A stretch of 62,948 nucleotides of DNA, the filler included. It is 5 parts of 5 records of this genome, joined end to end, with 100 filler letters (N's around TTAATTAATTAA, not from the genome) between each part and the next. Parts side by side here need not be neighbours in the genome. Positions count along the whole stretch, not along the records: positions 49,207 to 56,908 come from SRR20825006_245; positions 57,009 to 62,948 come from SRR20825006_373; 3 more parts are not named here. One strand, written 5' to 3'. The notes beneath the pieces are model-generated. The model had not been told where the DNA came from, ran no database searches, and saw only the letters and a list, made by a program, of their open reading frames with translations. Below are positions 50,074 to 60,362 of this stretch, piece after piece; within the stretch, counting starts at the first letter, position 1, and every line of letters starts with the position of its first letter. The position numbers and the translations under genes are program-made.

Positions 50074-50178
50074 AGCGTCCGTCCTTTAACCTGAGGCATT
50101 GCACATCACCTTTCGCGCCCCGCCCCGGGCGATGGCAGCGAACAAGTGATTCATGTTCAAGGTCGGGCGCTTTAGGCT

Positions 50179-51534
50179 CTATTCTCCCACCTGCGCCTTG
50201 AGCAGACGGGACACCGGCGACAAAGCCACGCGTTCGGCGCGGTCCTGCAGACCCCAGAGCAACAGCGCCGAGATGGTGTCGGGGCGCACGCGGCCCAGCA
50301 TCACCACCCCACCCTCTTGTCCTGCACGGAATGCCGCCTGATCCAGAAAGCGGCGGATGACGGTGGGCGTCTGATCGGCGCTGTCGAAATCGCGGAACAC
50401 AGTGGCAGCGGGCACGCCGTCGCGCAGGGCCAGCTTTTGCGCGGTGTTCAGCCCCTTGGATTGCATCACGATACCATAGCCGCCGCTGCCCAGAATGCTG
50501 ACCACCTGATCGGACACCGCGCGGTCGGCCTGAAATCCGGCACCTGTGCCTTCCAGCACACCGATGGCCTCGGGCACCGCGTTCAGGGCGGCGGCGATGC
50601 TGACTTCGGCGTCGGTGGGCGTGGCCCCGGCCGGCAGGTCCACCATCGCCAGCACTTCCAGCCCTTCGGCACGGTAAGCGGCGGCACGTTCGGCAGCGTC
50701 GGGCAGGTTGGCGTCAATGGCAAAGCTCAGCGGATAGGGAAAGCTGCGCAGGGCGGCCAGCCCCACGGTGTCGCCGCTCAGGTCCGCGCCGCTGTCGATC
50801 AGAATGATGGACATCATCGGTTTTGAGGGGTCCACCACGTCGAAATCAGAGGCATAGGCGTCAATGGGCTTCTGCGCGAGCGGCGGATCAACGGGCGTGA
50901 CTTCTGTCTGCGCAGGCGCGTCACGGTCAACCAGTGAGCCGACACGCTGTTCCATCAGCGGCGCGGTTTCGGTCTCCGTTTCGGTGGTTTCTGTCGTGGC
51001 GGGGTCTGCCGCTTCGGGCGCCTCGGCGCTTTCGCCTTGTGCCTCAGGTTCCGCTGTCTCGAAACCGCTGTCTGCGGCCACATCGGGGGCCGGCGGCTGG
51101 GCCGGTTCGGTGGAAATGCTCAGCTCGTCCGCATCCGGTTGCGCGGGCAGGCTGGCCTGCGGGCTGGGCAGGACGGGCGCGTCGGTCTGCACCTGAACAC
51201 CGCTTTCCGCGTCAGGGGGTGCTGGTGCCTCGAGTCCGCTGGTGCCGCCGGTTTCGGGGCGCACCGGCGCGAGGGTGTCGGCATCGACCAGCGACGCAAC
51301 ATCATCGGCCTCGGGCTTTGTCACCTTGGGTGCGCCTGCCTCGGTGGCCAGATCGGCATCACCCGCCGGTTGCGGGCTGTCGGTGCTGGACGCCTGTGGC
51401 GCGCCGCCCGCGACGGGGGCATTCACATCCATGTCGGGTGCCGGGGCCTTGTCTGCCACAACCGACGCCAGCCCGACCGCACCGAGCCCGATCACAGCAC
51501 CTGTCACTGCCCCGCTCAAAAAACCTCGCGCCAT
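50179..51534 (-). CDS. Divergent polysaccharide deacetylase family protein
   Basis: N-terminal TM, acidic Pro-rich linker, IRRFLDQAAFRA..VVMLG; divergent from trpG as is typical in roseobacters. Confidence 0.8.
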   Translation of the reverse strand: MARGFLSGAVTGAVIGLGAVGLASVVADKAPAPDMDVNAPVAGGAPQASSTDSPQPAGDADLATEAGAPKVTKPEADDVASLVDADTLAPVRPETGGTSGLEAPAPPDAESGVQVQTDAPVLPSPQASLPAQPDADELSISTEPAQPPAPDVAADSGFETAEPEAQGESAEAPEAADPATTETTETETETAPLMEQRVGSLVDRDAPAQTEVTPVDPPLAQKPIDAYASDFDVVDPSKPMMSIILIDSGADLSGDTVGLAALRSFPYPLSFAIDANLPDAAERAAAYRAEGLEVLAMVDLPAGATPTDAEVSIAAALNAVPEAIGVLEGTGAGFQADRAVSDQVVSILGSGGYGIVMQSKGLNTAQKLALRDGVPAATVFRDFDSADQTPTVIRRFLDQAAFRAGQEGGVVMLGRVRPDTISALLLWGLQDRAERVALSPVSRLLKAQVGE

Positions 51535-51719
51535 GTCTGTTCGTCCCTGCCTGTTGCCGGCCCACCCTAACGGGATTTTTGTGCCCTTGTCATTGCCCAC
51601 AGTACCCAGACGAGCGCCCCCGACCCCTTGACGCCGGCGGGCAAGCCTGAACAAGTGTGCCTCGCTTATACAGTGCAGGTGGCCTTGGCCTCCAGCCCCC
51701 TAAATGCAAAGTTTGACCC

Positions 51720-52301
51720 ATGCTGCTGCTGATCGACAACTATGACAGTTTTACCTACAACTTGGTTCACTATCTGGGCGAATTGGGCGCCGAGGTTGCG
51801 GTCCACCGCAACGACGCGCTGAATGTCCAGGACGCGATGGCGATGAATCCGGCGGGCATTCTGTTGTCGCCCGGCCCCTGTGACCCCGATCAGGCGGGCA
51901 TCTGTCTGGCCCTGACGCAGGCCGCTGCCGAAACCCGCACGCCGCTGATGGGCGTGTGCCTGGGCCACCAGACCATCGGTCAGGCCTTTGGCGGCAAGGT
52001 GGTGCGCGCGCCCGACATCGTTCATGGCAAGATGGGCACCATGCAGCACACCGGCACCGGGCTGTTCGCGGGCCTGCCCACGCCCTTCGAGGCGACACGT
52101 TATCATTCGCTGATCGTGGACCGCGCCACCCTGCCCGATTGCCTTGAGGTCACGGCGGAACTGGACGACGGCATCATCATGGGCCTGCAACACCGCGAAC
52201 TGCCGATTCACGGCGTGCAGTTCCACCCCGAAAGCATCCGGTCCGAACACGGCCATGCTTTGCTGAAGAATTTTCTGGATCTGCTGAAGGTACCTGCATG
52301 A
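51720..52301 (+). CDS. trpG: Anthranilate synthase component II
   Basis: [32 protein letters not shown]. Confidence 0.96.
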   Translation: MLLLIDNYDSFTYNLVHYLGELGAEVAVHRNDALNVQDAMAMNPAGILLSPGPCDPDQAGICLALTQAAAETRTPLMGVCLGHQTIGQAFGGKVVRAPDIVHGKMGTMQHTGTGLFAGLPTPFEATRYHSLIVDRATLPDCLEVTAELDDGIIMGLQHRELPIHGVQFHPESIRSEHGHALLKNFLDLLKVPA

Positions 52302-53314
52302 GTGACGCCCTCAAACCCCTGATCGACGCTGCCGCAAATGGCCCGCTGACCCGCGCGCAGGCCGAAGCGGCCTTTGCCATCCTGTTCGACGGCGAAGCGA
52401 CACCGGCCCAGATCGGCGGGCTGCTGATGGCCCTGCGCACGCGTGGCGAAACGGTGGACGAATACGCCGCCGCCGCCGCCGTGATGCGCGCCAAATGCAA
52501 TCCGGTGCAGGCGCCCGAGGGGGCCATCGACATCGTCGGCACCGGCGGCGACGGCAAGGGCACGCTGAACATCTCGACCGCGACGGCCTTTGTCGTTGCG
52601 GGTGCGGGTGTGGTGGTCGCGAAACACGGCAACCGCAATCTCAGTTCAAAATCGGGCGCTGCTGACGCTTTGACCCAGATGGGGCTCAAAGTCATGGTCG
52701 GCGCGCCGGTGGTGGAACGCGCCCTGCGCGAAGCGGGCATCGGCTTTATGATGGCGCCCATGCACCACCCCGCGATTGCCCACGTGATGCCCGCGCGCAC
52801 CGAACTGGGCACGCGCACGATCTTCAACATCCTTGGCCCGCTGACCAACCCCGCAGGCGTCAAACGCCAGCTGACCGGCGCCTACCGGCGTGACCTGATC
52901 CGCCCGATGGCCGAGACCCTGCAACAGCTGGGCAGCGACAAGGCATGGCTGGTGCACGGCTCGGACGGCACCGACGAGCTGACGATTACCGGCGTGTCCT
53001 GGATTTCGGGCCTGCAGGACGGCGCGGTGACCGATTTCGAAATTCACCCCGAAGACGCAGGCCTGCCGGTGCATTCCTTTGACGACATCGTGGGCGGCAC
53101 GCCCGAGGAAAACGCCACGGCCTTCAACGCGCTGCTGGACGGTGCGCCCTCGGCCTATCGCGACGCGGTCTTGCTGAACGCAGCGGCGGCGCTAGTTGTG
53201 GCGGATGCTGCCCCTGACCTGAAAACCGGCGTTGAAATGGCCCGCGCCTCGATCGACAGCGGCGCGGCGCGCGCCAAAATCGCCGCCGTGGCCAAGATCA
53301 CCCAAGAAGGCTAA
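52298..53314 (+). CDS. trpD: Anthranilate phosphoribosyltransferase
   Basis: [30 protein letters not shown]. Confidence 0.97.
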   Translation: MSDALKPLIDAAANGPLTRAQAEAAFAILFDGEATPAQIGGLLMALRTRGETVDEYAAAAAVMRAKCNPVQAPEGAIDIVGTGGDGKGTLNISTATAFVVAGAGVVVAKHGNRNLSSKSGAADALTQMGLKVMVGAPVVERALREAGIGFMMAPMHHPAIAHVMPARTELGTRTIFNILGPLTNPAGVKRQLTGAYRRDLIRPMAETLQQLGSDKAWLVHGSDGTDELTITGVSWISGLQDGAVTDFEIHPEDAGLPVHSFDDIVGGTPEENATAFNALLDGAPSAYRDAVLLNAAAALVVADAAPDLKTGVEMARASIDSGAARAKIAAVAKITQEG

Positions 53315-53356
53315 GCCACCGCGCTGCCCCCTCTGTCCGACAAGAAAGCAAACCCG

Positions 53357-54172
53357 ATGACCGAGACAATCCTGGACCGCATCAAAGCCTACAAGCTGGA
53401 AGAAGTGGCCGCCGACAAGCAAGCCAAGACCCTGGGCGACGTCGAGGACGCGGCGCGCAGTGCGCCCCCCGTGCGCCCCTTTGCCGAGGCGCTGCACAGC
53501 GCCGCACGCGAAGGTTACGGGCTGATCGCCGAAATCAAAAAGGCCAGCCCGTCCAAGGGGTTGATCCGCCCCGACTTTGATCCCGCCGCCCACGCCCACG
53601 CCTATGAGCAGGGTGGCGCGTCCTGCCTGTCGGTGCTGACCGACACGCCCAGCTTTCAGGGCACCAAGGATTTCCTTGTCGAGGCGCGTGCCGCCTGCAC
53701 CCTGCCCGTGCTGCGCAAGGATTTCATGTATGACCCCTATCAGGTGGTCGAGGCGCGTGCGCTGGGGGCCGACTGTATCCTGATCATCATGGCTTCGGTC
53801 AGTGATCAACAGGCCATCGAGTTGGAAGACACCGCCATGGACTGGGACATGGACGTGCTGATCGAAGTGCATGACGAGGCCGAATTACAGCGCGCCACCA
53901 GCCTCAAGAGCCCGCTGATAGGCATCAACAACCGCAATCTCAAGACCTTCGAGACGTCGCTGGACACCACGCGCACCCTGTCGAAACTGGTGCCCGCCGA
54001 CCGTACGATTGTCTGCGAAAGCGGGCTGAACACGCCCAAGGAACTGGCCGAGATGGCAATGTACGGCGTGCGCAGTTTCCTGATCGGCGAAAGCCTGATG
54101 CGCAACGATGACTTGGCCGCTGCGACCCGCGCCCTGCTGGCCAATCCCTTGCAAGCCGGCGGAGGCATGTGA
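53357..54172 (+). CDS. trpC: Indole-3-glycerol phosphate synthase
   Basis: [33 protein letters not shown]. Confidence 0.97.
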   Translation: MTETILDRIKAYKLEEVAADKQAKTLGDVEDAARSAPPVRPFAEALHSAAREGYGLIAEIKKASPSKGLIRPDFDPAAHAHAYEQGGASCLSVLTDTPSFQGTKDFLVEARAACTLPVLRKDFMYDPYQVVEARALGADCILIIMASVSDQQAIELEDTAMDWDMDVLIEVHDEAELQRATSLKSPLIGINNRNLKTFETSLDTTRTLSKLVPADRTIVCESGLNTPKELAEMAMYGVRSFLIGESLMRNDDLAAATRALLANPLQAGGGM

Positions 54173-54173
54173 C

Positions 54174-54665
54174 GTGACCGATCACCCCGCAGGCAAGCTG
54201 TCGCATTTCGACGCCGAGGGTCAGGCGCATATGGTCGATGTCACCGACAAAGCCGTGACCGACCGTGTGGCGGTGGCCGCCTGCTACATCAAGATGGCGC
54301 AAGAAACCTATGATATCATTAGCGAAGGTCGCGCAAAGAAGGGCGACGTACTGGGCGTGGCGCGGCTGGCCGGGATCATGGGGGCCAAGCGGACCTCGGA
54401 CCTGATTCCGCTGTGTCACCCGCTGCCGATCACCAAGGTGGCGCTGGACATGACTCCCGACGCGACCCTGCCCGGCATCCGCATCACCGCCACCGTCAAG
54501 ACCACCGGCCAGACAGGTGTGGAAATGGAGGCGTTGACCGCCGCCTCGACCGCAGCACTGACCGTCTATGACATGGCCAAGGCCGTGGACAAGGCGATGG
54601 AGATCGGCGGGCTGCATGTGGTTCTGAAAGATGGTGGAAAATCAGGGCGGTACGAGGCGTCATGA
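54174..54665 (+). CDS. moaC: Cyclic pyranopterin monophosphate synthase
   Basis: [36 protein letters not shown] start. Confidence 0.96.
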   Translation: MTDHPAGKLSHFDAEGQAHMVDVTDKAVTDRVAVAACYIKMAQETYDIISEGRAKKGDVLGVARLAGIMGAKRTSDLIPLCHPLPITKVALDMTPDATLPGIRITATVKTTGQTGVEMEALTAASTAALTVYDMAKAVDKAMEIGGLHVVLKDGGKSGRYEAS

Positions 54666-55834
54666 TCCCCGTTGCACAGGCTCTGGACCATCTCTTTGCG
54701 TTTGTGGGGCCATTGCCCGTCGAAACCGTGCCGCTGCGCCGGGCGCATGGTCGGGTGCTGGCCGAAACGGTTCTGGCGCAACGCACCCAGCCGCCTTTTG
54801 CCGCCTCTGCCATGGATGGCTATGCGGTGAAATCCGCCGAGGTGGAGACCGACGCACTGTTCAAGGTCATCGGAGAATCCGCTGCCGGTCACGGGTTCGC
54901 GGGCACCGTCGGCGCGGGGCAAGCGGTGCGCATCTTTACCGGTGCGCCCGTGCCGCAAGGAGCGGATTTCGTTGTAATTCAAGAGGATGTGACCCGTCGT
55001 GGCGATCTGATCACCTTGAATCACAATCTGAGCAGCGGCAACAACATCCGCCCCGCAGGCACCGATTTTACCGCAGGCACCCCGATGCCCGCCCCGCGTC
55101 GTCTGTCGGCTGGGGACGTGGCGCTGCTGGCGGCGATGAATGTCGCCCGGGTGCCTGTCACCCGCGCGCCCGTGGTTGCCCTGATCTCGACCGGTGACGA
55201 ACTGGTGATGCCCGGAGAGACGCCGGGAGATGACCAGATCATCGTGTCGAACACCTTTGGCCTTGCTGCCCTGCTCGAAGACCTTGGCGCCGTGCCGCGC
55301 ATCCTGCCGATTGCCCGCGATACCAAGGCGGCGCTTCGCCAGGTGCTGACCCTCGCCGCCGGGGCCGATCTGATCGTGACGATCGGTGGCGCGTCGGTGG
55401 GGGACCATGATCTGGTGGCCGATGTGGCGGCTGAAATGGGTATGCAGCAATCGTTCTACAAGGTCGCAATGCGTCCCGGAAAACCGTTGATGGCCGGTAT
55501 GTTAGCCGGCGTTCCCATGATCGGCCTGCCCGGCAATCCGGTCTCGGCCATGGTCTGCGGCACCGTGTTCCTTACGCCTGTGATCCGCGCCATGCAGGGG
55601 CTGGGCGAGGCCCCCGCGCCACGCCTCCAGATGCCCCTGACAGCCCCGCTTGAGGCCAACGGGCCGCGTGAACATTACATGCGCGCCGTGGTGGATGCGC
55701 AGGGGGTGGCCGACGCTGGACGGCAGGACAGTTCGTTGCTAAGCGTGCTGGCCACGGCCAACGCGCTGATCGTGCGCCCACCGGATGATCCGGCGCGCGA
55801 TGTCGGCGATCTGGTGGATGTCATCGATCTCTAG
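54662..55834 (+). CDS. moeA: Molybdopterin molybdotransferase
   Basis: SAMDGYA, IFTGAP, STGDEL, GGASVGD, RPGKP, LPGNP. Confidence 0.96.
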   Translation: MIPVAQALDHLFAFVGPLPVETVPLRRAHGRVLAETVLAQRTQPPFAASAMDGYAVKSAEVETDALFKVIGESAAGHGFAGTVGAGQAVRIFTGAPVPQGADFVVIQEDVTRRGDLITLNHNLSSGNNIRPAGTDFTAGTPMPAPRRLSAGDVALLAAMNVARVPVTRAPVVALISTGDELVMPGETPGDDQIIVSNTFGLAALLEDLGAVPRILPIARDTKAALRQVLTLAAGADLIVTIGGASVGDHDLVADVAAEMGMQQSFYKVAMRPGKPLMAGMLAGVPMIGLPGNPVSAMVCGTVFLTPVIRAMQGLGEAPAPRLQMPLTAPLEANGPREHYMRAVVDAQGVADAGRQDSSLLSVLATANALIVRPPDDPARDVGDLVDVIDL

Positions 55835-55840
55835 CAACGG

Positions 55841-55869
55841 TTGACACAAAACGGGAACATGCATAGAAC
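55841..55869 (+). promoter_or_regulatory. lexA promoter (-35 TTGACA) with alphaproteobacterial SOS box
   Basis: TTGACA at 55841-55846; GAAC-ATGCATA-GAAC at 55855-55869 matches the GAAC-N7-GAAC LexA box. Confidence 0.88.
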
Positions 55870-55902
55870 AAACCCAAACCAACGGTGGCGAGGGACCTGT
55901 AT

Positions 55903-56604
55903 ATGCTGACCAAGAAGCAACTGGATCTATTGGAATTCATTCAAAAACGGGTTCAGCGCGACGGTGTTCCGCCCAGCTTTGACGAGATGAAAGAGGCGCT
56001 GGATCTGCGGTCCAAATCCGGCATCCACAGATTGATTACAGCCTTGGAAGAACGCGGTTTTATCCGTCGGTTGGCACACCGTGCGCGGGCTATAGAGATT
56101 GTTAAGCTGCCTGAGTCCATGGGAGGTGCGCCCACGTCTGGCTTTGCGCCGCGGGTGATTGACGGGGACCGGCCTGACGGGCCGCCGCCTGCTTCTGCGC
56201 TGCCGGTCGCGGCGATGTATGCCACCGAACTGCCCGTGATGGGCCGTATCGCCGCCGGCGTGCCCATCGAGGCGATCCAGCAGGTGTCGCATTCCGTGGC
56301 GGTTCCGGGACAGATGCTGACCGGCAAGGGCGATCACTATGCCCTTGAAGTCAAAGGCGATTCCATGATCGAGGCAGGGATCAACGACGGCGATGTCGTG
56401 GTGATCCGCGAGACTTCGGTGGCGGAGAACGGGGACATTGTGGTGGCGCTGATCGAGGATCAGGAGGCGACGCTGAAACGCTATATGAAACGGGGCAATA
56501 CCGTAGCACTTGAGGCGGCGAACCCCGCTTATGAGACGCGTGTTTTCACCGATGACCGTGTCAAAGTGCAGGGCAAACTGGTCGGGCTGATCCGCACATA
56601 CTAG
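55903..56604 (+). CDS. lexA: SOS repressor LexA
   Basis: [19 protein letters not shown] cleavage site, GDSM, ATLK. Confidence 0.97.
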   Translation: MLTKKQLDLLEFIQKRVQRDGVPPSFDEMKEALDLRSKSGIHRLITALEERGFIRRLAHRARAIEIVKLPESMGGAPTSGFAPRVIDGDRPDGPPPASALPVAAMYATELPVMGRIAAGVPIEAIQQVSHSVAVPGQMLTGKGDHYALEVKGDSMIEAGINDGDVVVIRETSVAENGDIVVALIEDQEATLKRYMKRGNTVALEAANPAYETRVFTDDRVKVQGKLVGLIRTY

Positions 56605-56612
56605 GCAGATTG

Positions 56613-56717
56613 GTACATATTCGGGCCTGTCCGGTACATATTCCGGACCGCTGGATTGGCGGGTTTCGCGCCGGAAAACCGAATTTCGTACATATTTGGC
56701 GGTGTCTTGTACATCTT
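56613..56717. repeat. Four GTACAT(A/C)TT direct repeats
   Basis: Copies start at 56613, 56634, 56688 and 56709 (spacings 21, 54, 21). Confidence 0.8.
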
Positions 56718-56908
56718 TTCGGGCGGCTCTGCGGGGCCGCCTTTTGCGTGGGGAATATTGGCGTGAAACAGGTGGATTTCTGACCGAGACCAGACGTTCG
56801 GTGCGCCGTTGGGCAAGGTCGGCTTTGCGGGACGGAACTGACGTTTGAAATAGAACGCGAAGCCGCGCATCGTCGGGGCGTGGTGCGGCGATCCGACCTC
56901 TGTGACTG

Positions 56909-57008
56909 NNNNNNNNNNNNNNNNNNNNNNNNNNNNNNNNNNNNNNNNNNNNTTAATTAATTAANNNNNNNNNNNNNNNNNNNNNNNNNNNNNNNNNNNN
57001 NNNNNNNN
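56909..57008. other. Artificial contig spacer
   Basis: N runs with TTAATTAATTAA. Confidence 0.99.
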
Positions 57009-57146
57009 GCCGGTAATACGGCTGGGCACGATCTTGCCAGTCTCGGTGATGTAGGCTTTCAGGGTGTCGAGATCCTTGTAATCGATGTACTCAACACCTT
57101 CCGCGGTAAAGCGGCAGAACTTGCGGCGGCGATAAAAACGGGCCAT
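57009..57146 (-). CDS. rpsR: 30S ribosomal protein S18, 3' truncated
   Basis: [13 protein letters not shown]...IDYKD...[10 protein letters not shown]. Confidence 0.96.
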
Positions 57147-57168
57147 TGGATAATCTCCTGTCGAATCC

Positions 57169-57477
57169 TTAGTTAAGGCTTTGCAGCGTTTGGGCAAGCA
57201 ATTGCAAACGGTCCCGGGCGTCTCCCTTGTAACCGGCGCGACTGAGGCATCCGGTTACCTTGATTCGCTGACCCTCTTTCAGGCCCTGGGCCTGTTGGGT
57301 CATCCCACCCGCCAGAATCACGGCGATGCGGGCCTGGACTTCACGGGGATGTCCGTCTTCCAGTTGCCGGGAGCGATGTTCCAGCCAGACTCGCTGACGG
57401 GGCACTCCGGCTGGAGTCAGGGCCACCTTTTCCAAGGTGACGATCACACCAGTGAGTTCGCAGTGGTTGCTTTCCAA
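57169..57477 (-). CDS. priB: Primosomal replication protein N
   Basis: TPAGVP, LEHRS.Q.E.G..R; lies between rpsF and rpsR. Confidence 0.88.
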   Translation of the reverse strand: MESNHCELTGVIVTLEKVALTPAGVPRQRVWLEHRSRQLEDGHPREVQARIAVILAGGMTQQAQGLKEGQRIKVTGCLSRAGYKGDARDRLQLLAQTLQSLN

Positions 57478-57479
57478 AA

Positions 57480-57821
57480 TTAGCTGGCAGCCCCTTCCTT
57501 CTCGTCGTTCTTCGCCAGCGGCGACGGCTCGGTTACGGCGTTGTCGCGACGAATTACGAGGTGACGGATTACGGCATCGTTAAAGCGGAAAGTGTTTTCC
57601 AGCTCGCCCAGGGTCTCGCCGTCACATTCGATGTTCAGCATCACATAGTGAGCTTTGTGGATCTTGTTGATCGGGTAAGCCAGCTGACGACGGCCCCAAT
57701 CTTCAACACGGTGGATAGTGCCTTTGCCATCGGTCACGATCGCGCTGTAGCGCTCGACCATGGCAGAGACCTGTTCGCTCTGGTCCGGGTGAACCAGGAA
57801 CACAACTTCGTAATGACGCAT
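57480..57821 (-). CDS. rpsF: 30S ribosomal protein S6
   Basis: [26 protein letters not shown]. Confidence 0.97.
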   Translation of the reverse strand: MRHYEVVFLVHPDQSEQVSAMVERYSAIVTDGKGTIHRVEDWGRRQLAYPINKIHKAHYVMLNIECDGETLGELENTFRFNDAVIRHLVIRRDNAVTEPSPLAKNDEKEGAAS

Positions 57822-57826
57822 GTTAG

Positions 57827-57905
57827 CTCCTTACGGTTGCGACGCCTCACGACGCCAATTCAGCTTCCCGCCGTGATCATGATCAACGCACGGTGAAGCA
57901 AGGAG
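57827..57905 (-). promoter_or_regulatory. S6:S18 ribosomal-protein leader RNA
   Basis: Minus strand CTCCTTGCTTCAC...GTGAGGC...CCGTAAGGAG: the anti-SD pairs with the SD and a CCG precedes it, as in the known rpsF leader. Confidence 0.75.
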
Positions 57906-58118
57906 ACCTGCATCCCCGCCCCGAAAAAACCGGGGGAGACGCAGGAAGCGCGCGATTCTATCCCATTGCAGGGGGCAACCTCAAGGCATATCCATTGCCA
58001 TCTGCCGGCGACGGACGTATGCTCAAACAAAACAAAACGCTACAAACGCTTACAAAAAGCGTCGTTAACCCCAAGCCCCTGAAAAGACAGGGGAAAACAA
58101 CAACAATGGGATACGACA

Positions 58119-58850
58119 ATGTACATCCGAGCCCTGGCCACCGGCCTGTGCGGTTTTTTATTGCTGACTCCAGTTCACGCCCAGGAGCCACCGTCCCCCT
58201 GTGGCAGCCCGGTGGCGGTGCCGGACAAACCTCTACTGGAAGACTACCCGGATTACAGCAATTTCCTGCTGCAGATCATGAAATACAAGCAGGCCCAGCG
58301 AGACCAGGCTGCCCACCGCAACGCCTGCCCCGACGACTACCTGCCCCAGCCCATGGCCAGCAGCGACCCGACCGTCATTGACGAACCGGAAACCCTGTCC
58401 AGCGCCCTGGCACGCACCGGCAAACTGGAGCAGATCGATTACCAGCGCAATCGCACCTGGTATAACCGCTCCACCTCGAAAAGCTTTGTGCTGCCCCCTC
58501 TCGGCGGTGACTCCCTGGCCAGCGAACGCATCCGCACCCTGCTGGCGAACGCAGGCTCTGATACACCACTGTTCCTGCCCATGACCATTGTTGGCATGCA
58601 GCTCGACGGCATCAATGATGGCGGCGAAGCACAGCAGCAAGAAGTCCAGTTCAGTTATGAGCTGCTTCCCAAGCAGGAGCGCCAGGCCAGCCGCGCAGCG
58701 TTTATTGCCAACACCCAACAGCAATTCAGCGGCGTTTACAAAAGTGGCAACTTGCTGCTTTACCTAAATCAATCCGGTGAGCCGTTCTTCACCAAAGGTG
58801 TCATCTATACCACCAGCTGCCTGAGCAGTGGCTGCCCGAATTCACCCTAA
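58119..58850 (+). CDS. Secreted hypothetical protein (paralog A)
   Basis: Signal peptide ending VHA; shares motifs with the next ORF. Confidence 0.8.
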   Translation: MYIRALATGLCGFLLLTPVHAQEPPSPCGSPVAVPDKPLLEDYPDYSNFLLQIMKYKQAQRDQAAHRNACPDDYLPQPMASSDPTVIDEPETLSSALARTGKLEQIDYQRNRTWYNRSTSKSFVLPPLGGDSLASERIRTLLANAGSDTPLFLPMTIVGMQLDGINDGGEAQQQEVQFSYELLPKQERQASRAAFIANTQQQFSGVYKSGNLLLYLNQSGEPFFTKGVIYTTSCLSSGCPNSP

Positions 58851-58890
58851 ACGTTGCCAACGCTGACCAGAAAAGAGCACGGAGCGCACC

Positions 58891-59487
58891 ATGCCCCTAA
58901 TCCGAGTTATCACTTTACTGGCCGCACTGAGCGCCATACTGCCCGCCAGCGCGCTGGCCACCGATAACAACGGATTGGAATCACCGCACCAACAAGTTCT
59001 GCAGCAGGTATTAGGCTCACGCCCGGATATTCACGACTACAGTCGCCAGGATGAATTCGTCACCGACCTGCTGGCTTGGCAACGCCAGAAAGCAGCATTA
59101 GCAGCACGTCTCGCCAAGGGAGAGAGCATTGCTCCCAAGTCGCCAGAGCCCCGAGCGAACTGGCACCATATAACCGGCCCCGAAGACCTGGATACAGCAC
59201 TACATAACGCTCACGGTTACCAGCAGCCCAACTATCGAGAGTCGATACGTTACAACCGCACTACTCATCTAAGCTTTCCGCTCACCCCGCTACCGCAACA
59301 GCAGCTGTCAGAGAAGGCATTGATCGGCGAACGCCCCGTGCCGGCAGACCCGGCCAAAGAAGAGATCCCTGAGGAATTACTGGAGGAGAATGCCCGCCTA
59401 CAACGGGAAATGGCCGCCAGCCGGGCGAACTTGCCGCCGCCCGAACTTAACCGTCAGCATTTCGTCAGCCATTCTCAGCTACGCTGA
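58891..59487 (+). CDS. Secreted hypothetical protein (paralog B)
   Basis: GGAG RBS; signal peptide ending ALA; shares motifs with the previous ORF. Confidence 0.8.
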   Translation: MPLIRVITLLAALSAILPASALATDNNGLESPHQQVLQQVLGSRPDIHDYSRQDEFVTDLLAWQRQKAALAARLAKGESIAPKSPEPRANWHHITGPEDLDTALHNAHGYQQPNYRESIRYNRTTHLSFPLTPLPQQQLSEKALIGERPVPADPAKEEIPEELLEENARLQREMAASRANLPPPELNRQHFVSHSQLR

Positions 59488-60224
59488 GCCCTCACCTGAA
59501 ACAACATCACACCAGTGGCCACCGACACATTGAGGCTCTGCACCTCTCCGGCCATGGGGATTTCCAGCAGCTGGTCGCACTTGTCACGGGTCAGACGCTT
59601 CAGCCCACTACCCTCGGCCCCCATGACAATTGCCAGTGATTCCGGGGGCCGAAAGGTAAACAAGGACTCACTTCGCTCTTCCAGAGCCGTGCCCACCACC
59701 CACACGCCGCGATCACGCAACTGATCCAGCAAACTGGCCAGATTACCGATTTCGTAATAGGCCAGGCTCTCCGCCGCGCCCACCGCGGTGCGACACGCCA
59801 CCGGCGTCAGCCCTGCCGCATTGCGGCGCGGCACGATCACCGCCTGAACCCCGGCCGCATCCGCACTACGCAGGCAGGCACCCAGGTTATGCGGGTCGGT
59901 GACATTCTCCAGAATCAGCAACAGCGGGCTGGCCGGCTTGCCGTCCAGCCACTGCAGCAGGGCACTTTCGTCCGCCGGCCGACGAGGGCGGGCCCGCGCC
60001 ACGATACCCTGATGCTGCGGCCCCGCGTGCTTTTCCAGCACCTCGCGGCGAGCCCGCTGCACGGCAATCCCGAAGTCCTTTGCCGCTTGTATCATGGCGG
60101 CAAGGCGCGGGTCATCCCGGTCTACCCGGGTGTCTTGTACAAACAGTTCCAACACCGCCTCCGGGCGATGCCGCAACAAGGCCTCCACCGCGTGAAAGCC
60201 GGAATACATCAAGGGTTTATTCAT
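59475..60224 (-). CDS. rlmB: 23S rRNA Gm2251 methyltransferase
   Basis: GFHAV, HQG, DPHNLGACLRSA, GAEG.G, IPM..SLNVSVA. Confidence 0.95.
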   Translation of the reverse strand: MNKPLMYSGFHAVEALLRHRPEAVLELFVQDTRVDRDDPRLAAMIQAAKDFGIAVQRARREVLEKHAGPQHQGIVARARPRRPADESALLQWLDGKPASPLLLILENVTDPHNLGACLRSADAAGVQAVIVPRRNAAGLTPVACRTAVGAAESLAYYEIGNLASLLDQLRDRGVWVVGTALEERSESLFTFRPPESLAIVMGAEGSGLKRLTRDKCDQLLEIPMAGEVQSLNVSVATGVMLFQVRAQRS

Positions 60225-60290
60225 AACGACGCCTGCACGCTGGACGCACCACGCAAACACGCGATACGCAGTGGAGGTGAAATCAAAACA

Positions 60291-60359
60291 CAGGAGCGGC
60301 GCTTAAGCGGCGAATCATTGCCATTAAGGCAACCCATTCAGCTCAAGTGCCGCTCCTGC
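60291..60359 (-). other. Long imperfect stem-loop between rnr and rlmB
   Basis: CAGGAGCGGC...GCCGCTCCTG outer arms, extended pairing, apical TTGCC/GGCAA stem. Confidence 0.7.
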
Positions 60360-60362
60360 GGG

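Noticed and set aside
51535..51719. trp attenuator upstream of trpG
   Set aside because: No Trp-codon leader peptide or terminator/antiterminator pair was seen.
56601..56870. 89-aa ORF downstream of lexA as a real CDS
   Set aside because: No family features, and its composition is driven by DNA repeats. Kept only as a repeat finding.
17055..57008. Four identical TTAATTAATTAA/N blocks as a repeat or mobile-element ends
   Set aside because: They are artificial six-frame-stop linkers. Genes are cut at each one and the apparent taxon changes, so no cross-spacer synteny is meaningful.
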